From: the human T2T-CHM13v2.0 reference genome, Homo sapiens
Direction: 5' to 3' (one strand)
Assembly (NCBI RefSeq): GCF_009914755.1
Contig: NC_060932.1
DNA: 64,000 nt
The notes beneath the pieces were generated by a model. That model made no database searches. It was not told where the DNA came from and saw only the letters and a program-made list of their open reading frames with translations. The position numbers were made by a program, and so were the translations under genes. This document shows, one piece after another, positions 39,911 to 53,070 of the stretch. Within the stretch, counting starts at the first letter, position 1. Each line of letters begins with the position of its first letter.

Positions 39911-42900
39911 CCTATGGACACTTACTACAGTAGACCATGCTCATTTGCTCTCTTGTCCATTTCTCCCCCTAGACATTGCCAGATCTGAGGATACAGATTG
40001 TCCTCTGTTCACCTTTGCACCCAACACGTACCTGGCACACAGCAGGTGCTGATAAATATTTGCTAAATAAAGGAATGAATAACTTCAAGTTCCATCTTTA
40101 AAGTTTTGCAGCCTTTGGAAAATTCCATGGTTGAGGCAGCTGCTCCTGTCCTCTGTGCAAATAGGCAGTTTATCAATCCAAAGGCTGGCAGATTTGCTGA
40201 GCCGAACCCAGTCCTCGGGCTTTTTCCCAGAGCCGTCCCTCCACTCAAGTGGAAGCTGCATCTGCCTCTCTCGATAGGGGCTTCTGCCAGGAAGCTGGGA
40301 GAGGCTCAATGCAGCCCCACCACTCCTAATGCTATTTTCAAAGCAAAATTCAGAAGCAATGGTGATATTTTTTGCTCTTAAGAACAAGACAACTCTTTTG
40401 ACATAATAAGGTTAAAAAAGAAATGAAAAACCTCGTACTGTTTTTCCTTTCATCTGAATAGAAACAAATCCCCAACCTCCCAGTTCCAGCTGGCAGACCG
40501 CTGGACTTTCAGCTTCCAGAAGAAGGAGAGCGGAAAGATCAGGCCTTAGCAGCTGAGAACTTATTTTTGGCTAAGCAGCTGGTGCTAGAATTGCTGGCAG
40601 CAGGCAGCATCTCCCCAGCACAGAGCGTGGGGCACCTGCCACTGTCCAGTTCTGGGCACTCTGCTTTTCTGCTGGCACTGACAAGTCCATCTCAGGGCAA
40701 AGGCAATCCCAGTAGTCAAGCCCTCTGAGGGACCCCTGCAGGAGAAAACTGTGCTCAGACTTCCACAACGAAGGCTGCAGAACAACTTTGCTGCTGGCCT
40801 CAGAGAAGGTCTCTCTTGGCAAGGGACCAGAGGAGCCACCCTGACCTGCTCTAAAGCTGAGCTAGGACCAGTGGGTGGAATTACATAAAGGCAGAATCCA
40901 GCCCTTTCACTATGAAGAGAAGCTCCCCCAAATCAGATGTCTCTGATAATGGAATGGCTTACCCCAGAACTGTTCAAACAGGAATTTTCTAAGAGGAATC
41001 CCTGGACTGAGCGAAAAGAACTTAACTTCTTAGAGTTGGAAAGGCTACTAGAGAGTCCTTGGGAGTTGATGAATGTTACCATTGTAATTAGTCAACTGGA
41101 TAGTGGGGTCCCAAATTTTAATAGACTCCAAAGTAGATTTTTACACAAATTTACAAATTTGTCAATATGCTCTAATTAAAGCCAATCTTCTTTACTTGTG
41201 CTGAATCAATGCCACCTTTTATATTGGTGATGTTATAGCCCAAGTTCAAGGCTTTTCACATTAACAAGAGAGGGAAGAGGGGCCTCCACCCACTTTTCCC
41301 TGCAACAAGCTGTTACAATGGGCTTACTTCCTTACTTCTCCTTTTTTTTGGTAATTTAGAATGACAGGAATAAAAAGTTCTAAAGACTATGAGACTATGA
41401 GAAAACAGAATGTTCTTCAAAGAAAGCTCCAATCCAGATATTGAATATTCCAACAACATCTTCATGTTCCACGCAAAATATTTTTACATGGAATTTGAGA
41501 GCATGAGAGCATGAATAAGGTAGAAGACGAAATGATCTTCACTTGCAGAGAGTCTTCCAATTCCAAAGCAGACATCACCTGTTAGGTGCCAGGCCCTCTC
41601 TTAGCTACCGTCCTGGATGAAGACCAATGAAAGATGTGGCCCCTGCCCTCCAAAGACCTCTGAGAAGCACCCTGAAGCCTGGACCAGTGAACACTCCCAA
41701 AGAAGAGCACAGGCTCTGCAAGGCTCATACCCCAGAGCTCTACTCGTTCTGGGCTCTGCAGACCTCTTCCTCTGCCAGGGCCCCCATTTCAGCTCAATGA
41801 ACTCCCTGCAGGATAACAGGTTCATTCTCTGGCTGCTTTCATTTCAAATGAGCTCAACCCAAGCAACATTTCCTGAGCTCCTACAAAGTACCAGGGTCAA
41901 TACTAAGGCCTTTGAGGGGTATGATTCAAAGGGAGAAGCTTAAATATTTGCGCACTGGTTTGTTCATACCTCTACTTTGTTCCACAAGCATTAGAGATGG
42001 CTCACACAAATAAAACAGGACCAGGGAAATATACATTCTAGCAGAAGGTCAAGCCGGGAGACAAAGGTGAAGCCCACACCTGCGGATCATAGAGTCCTAT
42101 ATAGTTGCTAAAACAAAGGCACAAATTTCACTACAAGGATGAGCAGGACACAGTCTCTGCTCTAAGCTGTCTAGAGATGGAGAACAATCCTTATCCAGGT
42201 TCCTGGAGTAAAAAAGCATAGAGTCTGGTACTCAGCGACACTCTGAATGTTCACCGTTTGGAAGCCGACTGATGGCATCGGCACCCAAGAGGTCATGCCT
42301 TGGAGCACAGATGTCAAACTGAATAATTCTGGCTGGGAGGCTCAGGGAAGGCTTTACTCAACAGATCTCGCGTAAGGGCCATACCCCAGACCATCGGCTT
42401 TACTGGGCTTGGGCAATTTCATTCACTTAACAATCTTGAGGTTCCAAATCAAGGTATGGTCTTACTGGGAGGAAAAACAGAAACAGAAGAGAAGGAAGTG
42501 GAAACATTTCTAAGGGCAGTTCCCTTGGGGAAAGAGACAAGATTATTCAACAGCCACACGTATGTCATCCTTCCAGAAAGTTCTGATTGAGAAACTGTCT
42601 TCAACCCACACTAGAAGTCCTTACATTTTAAGGCAATCTAAAACTTCAATCATTCCTAAGGGGTTTAATAGCCAGGACACACTTTCACAGGATCACAATC
42701 CAAGTTCTCAGTGCAGAATCTTCAAAAATCCATTTTCTATCTCATTTTTGCCATAACATTTCTCTGGTTTTCTTCCCAGTGGCATTTTCCTTTGATGATA
42801 TAGACTTTTATCATACCGAAGCCCCCCAAATGGAGGAAAATGAGACGTTATTAAAATGTTACATATTCCTTCATAGCTCTTCCCACTCAGTGTGTAAATA

Positions 42901-43649
42901 AAAAAGAAGTAAGGAGGGGAGAGGATGTTGGAGAGGAAGAGACAGTGCACCTGAGAACGGCAGCAGTGGCTGAGTGCAGGAAACGCTTCTTCCTGGAGGC
43001 CTGGCCTTGTACCAAGGACAAAGATCATCAATAACAGCAGCAGCACGGAAAGTGGCCCCAGTAAACAAGAATAAACAACTCCACACAGGCAAAGAAGGAG
43101 GGGGATCAGGCCTGAGAGATGAAAAGGTGCCTCTAAGGGCCCTTGTGGGAAGGGGAGAAGGGAGGGAGCTGCCTTAGAGATGGGCAATTCCAACAGAAAT
43201 GGAGCCATACCAAGTGTTAGACAAGAGACTGCCCACTTGAGCTTGACTGCACTTGTAGGGCCGTGCAAAGATTGGTAGAAACTGGAACCTTTGTGAATTG
43301 CCATTTCTGATTTCAGCTTTTGTACAGAAGGGGGATGTGTGCCTAGGAGCACCATTTTATATTTTTATTAAAGATATGTGCCTCTGAAACCCACAGAAGA
43401 TGGGACATCTGTAGCTTTGAGGACGTACGCAGGTTTCATTGGACTTCAGGGAGGGTTTCCCAGTGTCTGGTGCTGAAAGGTACTTTCTGTAGCTAGGATG
43501 AACCCAGGGTCAATGGATGTGCAGACATTCTCAGCATTTCATTATAAACAGAGGAGTGATGACAAAAACTGTTCGCATGCCAAGCTGAGATGACTCATTC
43601 ATGATGCTGCCTGGACTTCCGCAAGAGCCTTCAAACTCCTCGAACATCA

Positions 43650-44300
43650 GTGCCTGCTTCCTCAGCTCCATCCATCTGGCCTCTGCTAGACTGATTTTTC
43701 TAAAATACATCTGTGGCCATGTCATTCTCCTGCTCAAAAATACAGCTAAATGTTTCTTCCATATTTTGGCCTCAACCAAACTTTCCAGCCTCAGTACCTC
43801 CACTCCCTACTCTCTTTCTACACACATCCTATGATCCCCTTAGTGAACATGGCGGTTCACAGACTCATACGTATTTAGGTCATCCCTTCTCCCTATAAGG
43901 CATTGCCTCTCCCTTACCCACTGCAGCCCTTTGCAATGTGTGTGTGCACGTATGCACACACACATGCTTCCACTGCTTGTTAAAAACCCTACACATCTTT
44001 CAAAGCACACTCTTAAATAGGACCATGCTCTGCAAAGTCTTCCCCCCGGCCACCAAAAGCTAGGCTCCAACGCTTCCTCCTGCGTGTTCCTAAACCATCC
44101 TGAGCTCATCTTTCCTGCTACGCTTACACACAGGTGACTGTGTGTGTTGGCTTCTGCCACTTGGTCGGAAGCCAACTAGAGGACAGGGACTGAGTTGAAA
44201 TCATTTGTATAGGTCCCACTGCTCACATATCCAAGTGTCAAAGGCAATATCATCAACATCGAAGAGACTCAGTTCATATGTGGATTGAACTGAATGGAAA
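43650..44300 (+). mobile_element. L2 fragments
   Basis: GCTAGACTGATTTTTCTAAAATACATCTG..CATGTCATTCTCCTGCTCAAAA; AACTAGAGGACAGGGACTG; TTGAACTGAATG. Confidence 0.65.
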
Positions 44301-44524
44301 TATAACTGTAGGTCACTGATTTACAATCAATAAGCATGGACAATCTTGAAAGAAATCTGAATCCAAGGCAGACAAGTAGCCATCATGATACTGGGTGGAG
44401 GTGGGACAAGCCAACTCCTTCCCATTTGTGCCTCCTAGTGTCTTGCTAACCAAAGTGTTCAGAAAGCAGCTGATACAATCTGCTGGGGCAGAGTGCAGAA
44501 GGGAAGCAGGACCTGTTTCCTGAG

Positions 44525-44720
44525 CACAGCGGAAGCCTGGCTTTGGGTTTGGTGCCTTCTCTCAGCAGCTGTGACTGCAGGTAAGTTCCACAGCTGTTCT
44601 GAGCCTTGGTTTTCCCATCTTTGAAATGGATGTGAGAATTCTGTCAATCTGACAGAGCTGCTCAGGGAATCAAGTGAGATGATATAGAGAAAAGGGCTGT
44701 CAGAACTGAAAATGAGCTAG
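44525..44720 (+). mobile_element. MIR
   Basis: GCTGTGACTGCAGGTAAGTT..CTGAGCCTTGGTTTTCCCATCTTTGAAATGG. Confidence 0.75.
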
Positions 44721-45999
44721 TCAAATGAGAAAACGTGTGCAATTATTTTGTAAATCCTATTGTGATAAGCAGATTTTCATCTTTGATACAACATTAATTC
44801 CCTTTATTGGACTATATAAAGAAAAGCTGGGGTGGGGTGGCTAGGGAACTCTGTTTATGGCTTGACACCCTGTGTGGTAGGATCTGGTACACTGCTACAG
44901 TGTATTTGAAAATACAAACTATCGTCGCTGGGGACTACAGGGTTCTGGCTGCCAAAAGTACAGATGCATAGTATTAACTTTGGTTTCGCTACAATAAAAA
45001 CATTGAATGGCCCCTTTTGGTTTTGGAAAGATCAATGAGAAAAACTCATCACAATGAGGACGTCGAAGAGACTGGTAAAATATTTAAATGTCATTACAAA
45101 TATACAAGACGCAGATGCCGTCTAGCTCATAGTTCCTGTCGCTCTCTAGAGACCCAAAGTTAACACTGGTCATGTTGTCTTAGGGTCTCTTCCATCTGCC
45201 CTCTAATTGGCCACAGATTGCAGAAAGCTTACAACACACAAGGCCTGGGGGATGGCTGTGTGATCACCAAATATCCCGTGCCTGCAGACCATACAGTTAT
45301 ACACATAGTATCTTCATGCCAACCCTATGCATGTACATGCACAAAGCCTGAATAGTGACCATGTAGGTGTGCACACGTGGTGCACAGGGGATAGTCACAA
45401 AACTGTCTCAATTCAATGCATGCTCACCTATTAGCCATGTAACTGTACCTGTATAACAACCACGTGCTGACTCCATTACTTGGGGCACAAGCTGCCCGTG
45501 TGCAGGTCATAAACTATACAAGACATACGGATGCTAGGCAGTCCTGATTGCCCACATTTTCCGCGCTATAATGACATGCACAGAAGACTCCCAGGCTAGC
45601 CATACAACTAGGTATCCCATGTTGATATGGCTGCCAGGCAGCCGTCCAGCTGCAATACCTGGGCACCAGTCACAACACCATGCCTACACGGTGCCCAGCA
45701 AACACCGTCACATGCTGACGCTGTGTCAGCCATAGAATGTTTGTGCCAATTTCCTTCAAGATGGCATCCTTATTGCCTAGAATATAGGCCCGTTTTCCCT
45801 AAAAGTAAAAAAATCCCTCTCAGCCTCCCAGCAGGATTTGCCGTAATAACTTTGGATTTGAGTCTGAAAACTCTGTTATGGAAAATTCGATGGAAGAATA
45901 ATGCAGTAAAACATGCCCAGCCAATGGCAAGGAAACAAACCCCCTGGCACCGCATCCACTCTGAAAGCAGAATGGGCTCGTCTCTTCTTCTTACACTGA

Positions 46000-46447
<448 letters not shown>

Positions 46448-47769
46448 GAACATTTTTTTTAGTATGGGAATGCACCTTAGCGATCAGCTAATTTGACCTT
46501 CCCAATATCATAGATTTAAAAAAAAAAAAAGGGCCGAGAGGCCAAGTGATGGTCACAGGCAGATGACAGGATGAGGTGTCTTCATAAAGACATCCTTACC
46601 ACCAGATTCGGTTTAATGACAGGGTATGCTTGGCTGCTGGGCACATTTCCTGACAACACAAAGAGCATCATCGGCCAGATCCCCAGAGACAGAGGAAGGG
46701 GAGAAAGAGCGGAAGGAGCAGCTCTGGGCAGGAGCAGGTTGGAGGGAGGAACCCATAGGGAGAGGGCTGCACTGGACTCAGTGCCCAGCCTTGACACTGA
46801 CCAGCCACGTCGGCTCAGGGAAGTCACCTTCCCTCTCCTGGACTGAACATGGAGGGAGTTAGCCTCTATGACTCCTTCTAGCCATCACGATCCAAGCTGA
46901 CTCAGAGCATGTAAGCATTGCTCAATGTTTAAGGAAGCCCTGGCATTTAAGTTCTTAAAATTTAAGAGAGGAGACAGCTGTCCATCCACTGGAGTCTGGC
47001 CAGCCCAGATGCCTTCATATGCCCCTGACCTAGTCTAGCAGGTTTCAAGTCCATGTTCATTGCCACACAGAAAGCTCCATTCTCAAGGGCCCCTTCTCTT
47101 GTCAGAGATGAGCCTTCCACTAAGAAGCCAGTGGGGGAGGCTGAGGTCCACCAAACCTTCCCACCTCATTTTCTGAGCACTGGGTGGTCAGACAGTGACT
47201 TCTTTCAAATATAAGAGTCTGAAGTCTAGGCCTAAAATACAACCTTTTGGAAATTTAGAGACATGTTCCATCCAGAAATGTTTCTGACACTTCCATAGGT
47301 CAGGAAATGTTCACTGCATGATCAGCACCATGAAGAAACGTCCCTAGGAAGTGAAATGCGGTATTTAAAAGACACCACCGTCTGCTCACTCATAATTCTG
47401 TCTCTGCCCTTCACGTGGGACAAATGAAGCCACAAACAAATAAGGACATGAATTGCTCTTCTTGGACCCTACGGCAGGGCAGACTGGGAAAGCAGGTGGC
47501 AGAGCTGTTAGGCGTGCTCGTGTAGAAGAACCGACTCCTAGCCCACGCTCAGCCTCAGGTCAGATGGCCAGTGTGTGGCCCAGGGAACTCACCCAGTATC
47601 CTCATCTTGCCACCTGACTGTTGGCTTTATGTGACCTCTGGCAAGTCCTCTTGGGTTCATCAGTAGTAAAATGCCCACAGTTATCCATAAGTGATGAACA
47701 ATATTTTCATAGTTTTAACTGAAATTATGATTTTGGTTCAATCAGAGAATGCCACAGACACTCACCACA

Positions 47770-47945
47770 GCTTGCTAAGTCCCAGACAGTGTGCTAGACA
47801 TTTCATACACATCACAGTGCCTCCCCTATCCAGGGCCAATCTGAAGACTTGTGCCCATTTTCAGATGAAGAAACTCTGACTTAAGTTGCCAAGAGCATTG
47901 AATATGTCAGGGGCCAGAGCAGACCTTGAGTCCGGGTCTTCGGCA
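47770..47945 (-). mobile_element. MIR
   Basis: CCCATTTTCAGATGAAGAAACTCTGAC..TTGCCAAG. Confidence 0.7.
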
Positions 47946-48098
47946 GGTGTAGCAATGAGAAATAAACCTCTTTTCAAACTAGGTTCACTTGGGGTGTGTG
48001 ACCAATGACTTAAAGATTTAAGGGGAAGATACAAAAGCCAATGCAAATGAGGTTAACATTTCTATAAAAGTGTTCTTCCAATAGAGTGAGAATATTGA

Positions 48099-48418
<320 letters not shown>

Positions 48419-49140
48419 CCTTGTGCTGTTTTAACATGTAGTTTAACATCCTTAATGTCTTCGCCTTTGGAATGGAGTCAGTGCCCATCCCCTCATCAGG
48501 GTTAAATGAGGTAATACACACAGAAACAATGCGGCACCTGTGATCCAGCAGGCCAGTGCAAAGTCTCTTTTTACTGCTGTGATTTTTACTCTTCCTTGAT
48601 AAACCTCGAAAAAATGCCCCAAATCATGTGACAATGGGCAGATGTACGACGATTTCACTAGAAGTCTTCATTTTGCTTCCTATCCTGTCATAAATGTGCA
48701 CAGGATGCCCCTGGCTTCCCGTGGTGGGCGGGGACACGGGTGGGAGTGGGGAGGAAGACTAAGAGGCAAGTGCCAGTGGCCCTCGCAGGGGAGCCTGGGC
48801 AGACATGGAGCCTAGGTCAGTGGTTCTCAACTGGCGACCACGCGACTCCAGTTTGGTCATCTGTCCTGGATGCACTCATTACCAGATAACTGCCAGGCTG
48901 CCCATTTTGCACAGGAAACACAAGGCCACGCCCATGTGGCCACACAGGGACCCCCTCCTCTCAGGGCTGCCTGCCCCACGGAGGCCCCATCCCCTCAGAG
49001 CAGACCCTGTACTGGGCCTGAACATATAGGTGCCGAGCACTCCCCAAGGTACAGAGACTGGCACAGCCTGGATCACCAGGAATACAGAGAGGGGATGTCA
49101 GATCTCACGGGGAATGTGGCACAGGTGGCAACAGTGCTGC

Positions 49141-49286
49141 ACCTGCAGAAGGCAGGGCTCTGTGAGACACATGGGGAGTGGGCTCGGGTGAGGCAGAAGC
49201 AGAGTCTGACCTGGTACCTGCAGAAGGCAGGGCTCTGTGAGCCATGCAGGGAGTGGGCTCAGGTGGGTCAAAAGCAGAATCTGACC
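49141..49286. repeat. 75-bp tandem duplication
   Basis: ACCTGCAGAAGGCAGGGCTCTGTGAG..GGGAGTGGGCTC..AAGCAGA.TCTGACC at 49141 and 49216. Confidence 0.93.
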
Positions 49287-49944
49287 GTTTGGGCCTGAGC
49301 GCAGCTCCGTGCACCATGGGCGATTCTGTGAATGACCTTGCATTTCAGGCAACAGTGTGTGGTTGTATACAATGGGACCACTGAAGTCTTCTGAGACTTC
49401 TAAAAAAGAAAAAAAAAAAAAAGAGAAAGTTTCTGGGGAAAAAAAAAAAGACTTTAAAAAAAAAAAAAAAAAAGCAAGCTTCTGAAAAACAGTACAGCAC
49501 CAGGGTGTGGAGGAAGGCCCATGAAGGCAGGACTGGAGAGAGGATGGCAGGGTTCCCTCCGCCCTCTAGGGCAAGGGCAGGAAGCAGGGCCTGCTCCCCG
49601 GTGGGTGGGCAGAAGAGAAAAGATGCCTAGGGAAGGAGACCTGTCAGTGGTTCTCATAACAGCTCCCCTGCCTCATTTTTTGTTAAAAGAATAATTTGAT
49701 TACTGAAGTAGTAACAAGAAACTTGTAATTGGATGGCAGAACATAACAATGACAAATTAATTTCACAGGGCATTTAGTGCATAACAGCTACGTTTAAAAA
49801 ATATTGCAAAGGGAAGCGAGTACTTTGGTTGAAGCCTCCCTCACACTGTAACGGCAGTGTTTTATCAAAGCTTCTCACCATGCCTCAAAAATCATCTAAA
49901 ATCCTTCCTCTAGAACTCTATCACTCCTCCATTCGGAAGATGAC

Positions 49945-50240
49945 TCCGGTGGTTCTCAAGCCTGGCTACAGCTTATTTCAAGTCACCCAGGAAACTTTTA
50001 AAAATACAAATGCCAGGGTCCTTTTCCACAGAGAAACACTGACTGGATTGCCTGTGCTGGGGCCCAGGAGTGGGTGAGTGTTTTAACCCATTCATGCCGG
50101 AGGTTACGAATTTTTTGTGAAAAATCAGACCTTGGTGATGACCTTGAGCAGTAGGATATAAATAACTCCCACAAGCTTAGCGTTCCAATAATGGAACACT
50201 AGGCATAAATATGTCAACAGGCGATTCTCCATACTTCCAG
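49945..50240. mobile_element. MER5-like hAT element interrupted by MER85
   Basis: GGTGGTTCTCAAGCCTGGCT..CACCCAGGAAACTTTTAAAAATAC..GGGGCCCAGG. Confidence 0.65.
50087..50213 (-). mobile_element. MER85 piggyBac-family MITE (PGBD3-derived)
   Basis: TTAA|CCCATTCATGCC left end; ATCAGACCTTGGTGATGACCTTGAGCAGTAGGATATAAATAACTCCCAC body; GTTCCAATAATGGAAC palindrome; right TIR/TSD mutated (GGCATAAATATG|TCAA). Confidence 0.92.
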
Positions 50241-50250
50241 TGCCCTAGTT

Positions 50251-50495
50251 CAGTGATTCTCAACTGGAGACAAGCTCTTTCCAGGAGACATTCGGTAATG
50301 ACCAGGGGACATCTTTAGTTGCCACAACCAGGGTAGCAGTGGCAGGGGTGGGTCGCAGGGGAGGCAGCAAGCTAATGGCATCTAGTAGGTCAAACCAGCG
50401 ATGCCGGTCAACATCCCATCATGCGTAGAACAGCTTCCCCTCCCCCAACACGGAATTATCTGGCTCCAAACGTCAAAAGCCAATGAGAAACCCTG
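50251..50495 (+). mobile_element. MER20 (hAT-Charlie)
   Basis: CAGTGATTCTCAAC...GGCATCTAGTAGGT...AATTATCTGGCTCCAAACGTCAA..TGAGAAACCCTG. Confidence 0.85.
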
Positions 50496-50684
50496 CTCTC
50501 ATTAAATATGATATTAGCTCCACTTACAAAGAAGGGGTTGGACTGTGTGTGTTCTTTGGAGTCTGAGGTAATGGGAAGAAGCCAGGATTCTGAGCAGGTT
50601 CCTTGGCCTCCTGAAGCTTCAGGTTTAGCATCAGAAAAGTGAGAGATCGGATGTCTCCCATCTTGCAGGATTTTTCGAAGCTCA

Positions 50685-51221
50685 CGCAGGAGACCAGAAT
50701 ATGCCACTCTGAAATATGCCTCTTTGGCATGAGGATTATTTTGAGCTGATTATTTTGAGAAACTGCAGACACAGGAGAAGCTCTGAAAACAGAGAAGTTA
50801 CCCTTTCGTAAGGGAAATTTTACATCTACAGAGAAAATCTGCCCTTCTAAGAGCATCTCCCTCTCTGTACCAGGAAGACGGGGGTGACCTTAAATCACAA
50901 GACCCTTATCGAGGGAGAAGGCACAGCCTCAAGTCTGCAACACGAACCTTACACTTGCTTTCTGTAGTTTTCCTGGTCACCTTCCCATAAATTGCCTCCC
51001 CCATAACCTTCTTTCTTCATTTCAGCTGAAGAGGGTATTGAAGCCCAAATTCCAGCCACCTCTTTGAATTACTTATCCCTGAGTTTCTCCCATGTACATA
51101 TGAGATGTACATGTTAATAAACTTCTGTTTGTAAATTTACTTTGTTAATTGTCTTTTGTTACAAGGGCTCCATTGGAGAACCTAGAAGGTGGAGAACAAA
51201 GTTTTTTTCCCCTCCCCTGTA
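50685..51221 (+). mobile_element. MER34-family ERV1 solo LTR
   Basis: AGGAGACCAGAATATGCCAC..AAATATGCCTCTTTGGCATGAGGATTATTTTGAGCTG; AATAAA near 51116. Confidence 0.8.
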
Positions 51222-51230
51222 CTACTATGA

Positions 51231-51906
51231 TGTTGGGGCTCAGAGAACAATACCCTAAAATAGGCGGCTTTGGCATGCCAAGCATTTTTGAATTACAGGA
51301 AATTGGAAGGCCCTAGAAGCTGCCTGAGAACCAAAGACTTTCTAAACCACCTTGTTTCTCCCCAGAAGTGAAGAAGAAACAAACTTCTTCCCCCGAAAAA
51401 AGCAATTGTCTTAAGAGCCCCTCCCTAGGAATCTCACTGAATAACTAGGAAAGATGAACTACAGGAGAAAAGACTAAAAGTCATCACCATGCCCAGACAG
51501 GCTTTTTCTGTATTCTTCCAAGAGCAGCTCCGAGACATTACTTGGGAGACTTTATCTGCATGATGAGACAATCTTTGTCTGCAGTGAACTTGCACCCCTC
51601 ACCTTCCCACAATCCACCAGCGCTAAGAGGAACTCTGACTCAGGCCACTGTCTGTTCTTTGGGCTCATTCATTTCTCCTAAGAATCATTTACCACCCCCT
51701 CAAAACTGCCTACATCTCTTTCCCCCATGAAAATGGTCTTTAAGCCTCAACTCCCTGACCCTTCTTAGAGTCTCATATTTTGTATGGCTCCCGTGCACAA
51801 TTGCACATTAATACATGGGTATGCCTTTTCTCCTGTTGATTTCTGTTCAGTTTATTTCAGCAGATTCAAACCTTCAAGGGGGAAAAAAATTCCCTTCACC
51901 CCTAAA
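51231..51906 (+). mobile_element. MER39-family ERV1 solo LTR
   Basis: TGTTGGGGCTCAGAGAACAATACCCTAAAAT..CTTTGGCATGC start; 4-bp TSD ATGA. Confidence 0.8.
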
Positions 51907-52067
51907 ATGACAACTATTCACACATTTGCTCTGTTTTACCTGCTTCCTTGAACATTATAGAACTGTTCAAATAGAGATTTTGTGACATCGATCATGTTAC
52001 TCAGGAGGTGGAGAGAGGTTAAATCTCAATGATCTGTCACATGTAGCAGTGCAGTCACGGATCCTCT

Positions 52068-52252
52068 AGCCTCACTACTGGAAGTGTGGTCGAGCCGTGC
52101 AGGCAGCAGGCAGCAGGCAGCAGCAGCAGCTGCCTCTGGAGCTTGTCAGAAATGCAGAAGCTCAGGCCCCACCCTGGACCTGCTGAGTTGGAATCTGTAC
52201 TTTAACATGACCCCAGGTGTTCTGCACGCACATCAATATTTGACAGGCACTG
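52068..52252. mobile_element. MER5A-like
   Basis: GAGCTTGTCAGAAATGCAGAAGCTCAGGCCCCACCC..AATCTGTACTTTAACA. Confidence 0.75.
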
Positions 52253-52490
52253 CTCCACCAGCTGCAGTTCAGCCGATCCCATGCCTTTGGGGCTAATTTT
52301 TCTGAAGACTCTTGGAGACTGTTTTTTTTTTTTTTTTTTTAAATAATCCACTCTGAAGAAGAGTCTCCTCAAAGGGTTCGAATCCCATTTTTCCCGGAGG
52401 AGGAATCCCTAGTTCAGCAATCTAAAGCCAAATGCATTCATCCCTCATTTTTAGAAGTAGAACCCATCACCTGTGCAGGCTAAATTAGAC

Positions 52491-52665
52491 CAGTGGTTTT
52501 CAAAGTGTGATCCTGGGATCAGCAGCATCACCTGGGAGCTTGTTAGACATGCCTATTTTGGGACCGCAGTCCTGCTGAATCAGAAGCTCCAGGTAAGGCC
52601 CAACAATTGTGTCTTGGCAAGCTCTGACGGCGCTTGCAACTCATGCTGAAGTTTGAGAACCACTG
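52491..52665. mobile_element. MER5A
   Basis: CAGTGGTTTTCAAAGTG...AAGTTTGAGAACCACTG TIRs. Confidence 0.85.
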
Positions 52666-52914
52666 GAAAAGACCATATATAGCCTTTACAAACACAGATT
52701 TGAAGGTTCACGGCCTTGAAATACCTTTCCTCTGTTGTTAGACTGCTTTGTCTATGATGTCAATGATGCTCCAGTGAACATCATCATATAAAAACCTTCC
52801 CTTCCCTCCTGCTTCAGGTATATCTGTTCATCACCCCTGCCCCATTCCTTAGGTGTTTTCAACATCTTCCTAACGTCTGATCAGAGAAAATTATCTGGTG
52901 TGAAACTAATATGG

Positions 52915-53070
52915 GACAGCGGAAGAGTCTGGAATCAGACCTAGATTCCAATGTTTCTTCCACTTGGCTACACAATTTTGGGAGAATCGTTTCCCCTCTC
53001 CGAGGTCCAGCTTCTGTTTGTAAACTGGAATACATATCTCACAGAACTGCATAAGAATTAAAAGAAATAT
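52915..53070 (+). mobile_element. MIR
   Basis: TCTGGAATCAGACCTAGATTCCAA..TTTGTAAACTGG. Confidence 0.6.

Larger units (their letters stand above)
38930..40082 (+). mobile_element. L2 fragments split by an MST LTR
   Basis: CCAGAGTGATC..ATGCAAGTCTGA; CCTGGCACACAGCAGGTGCTGATAAATATTTGCTAAAT..GAATGAAT 3' end. Confidence 0.7.

Noticed and set aside
42708-43355. 215-aa leucine-rich ORF on the minus strand
   Set aside because: Hydrophobicity reflects the pyrimidine-rich strand; no recognisable homology or convincing exon structure.
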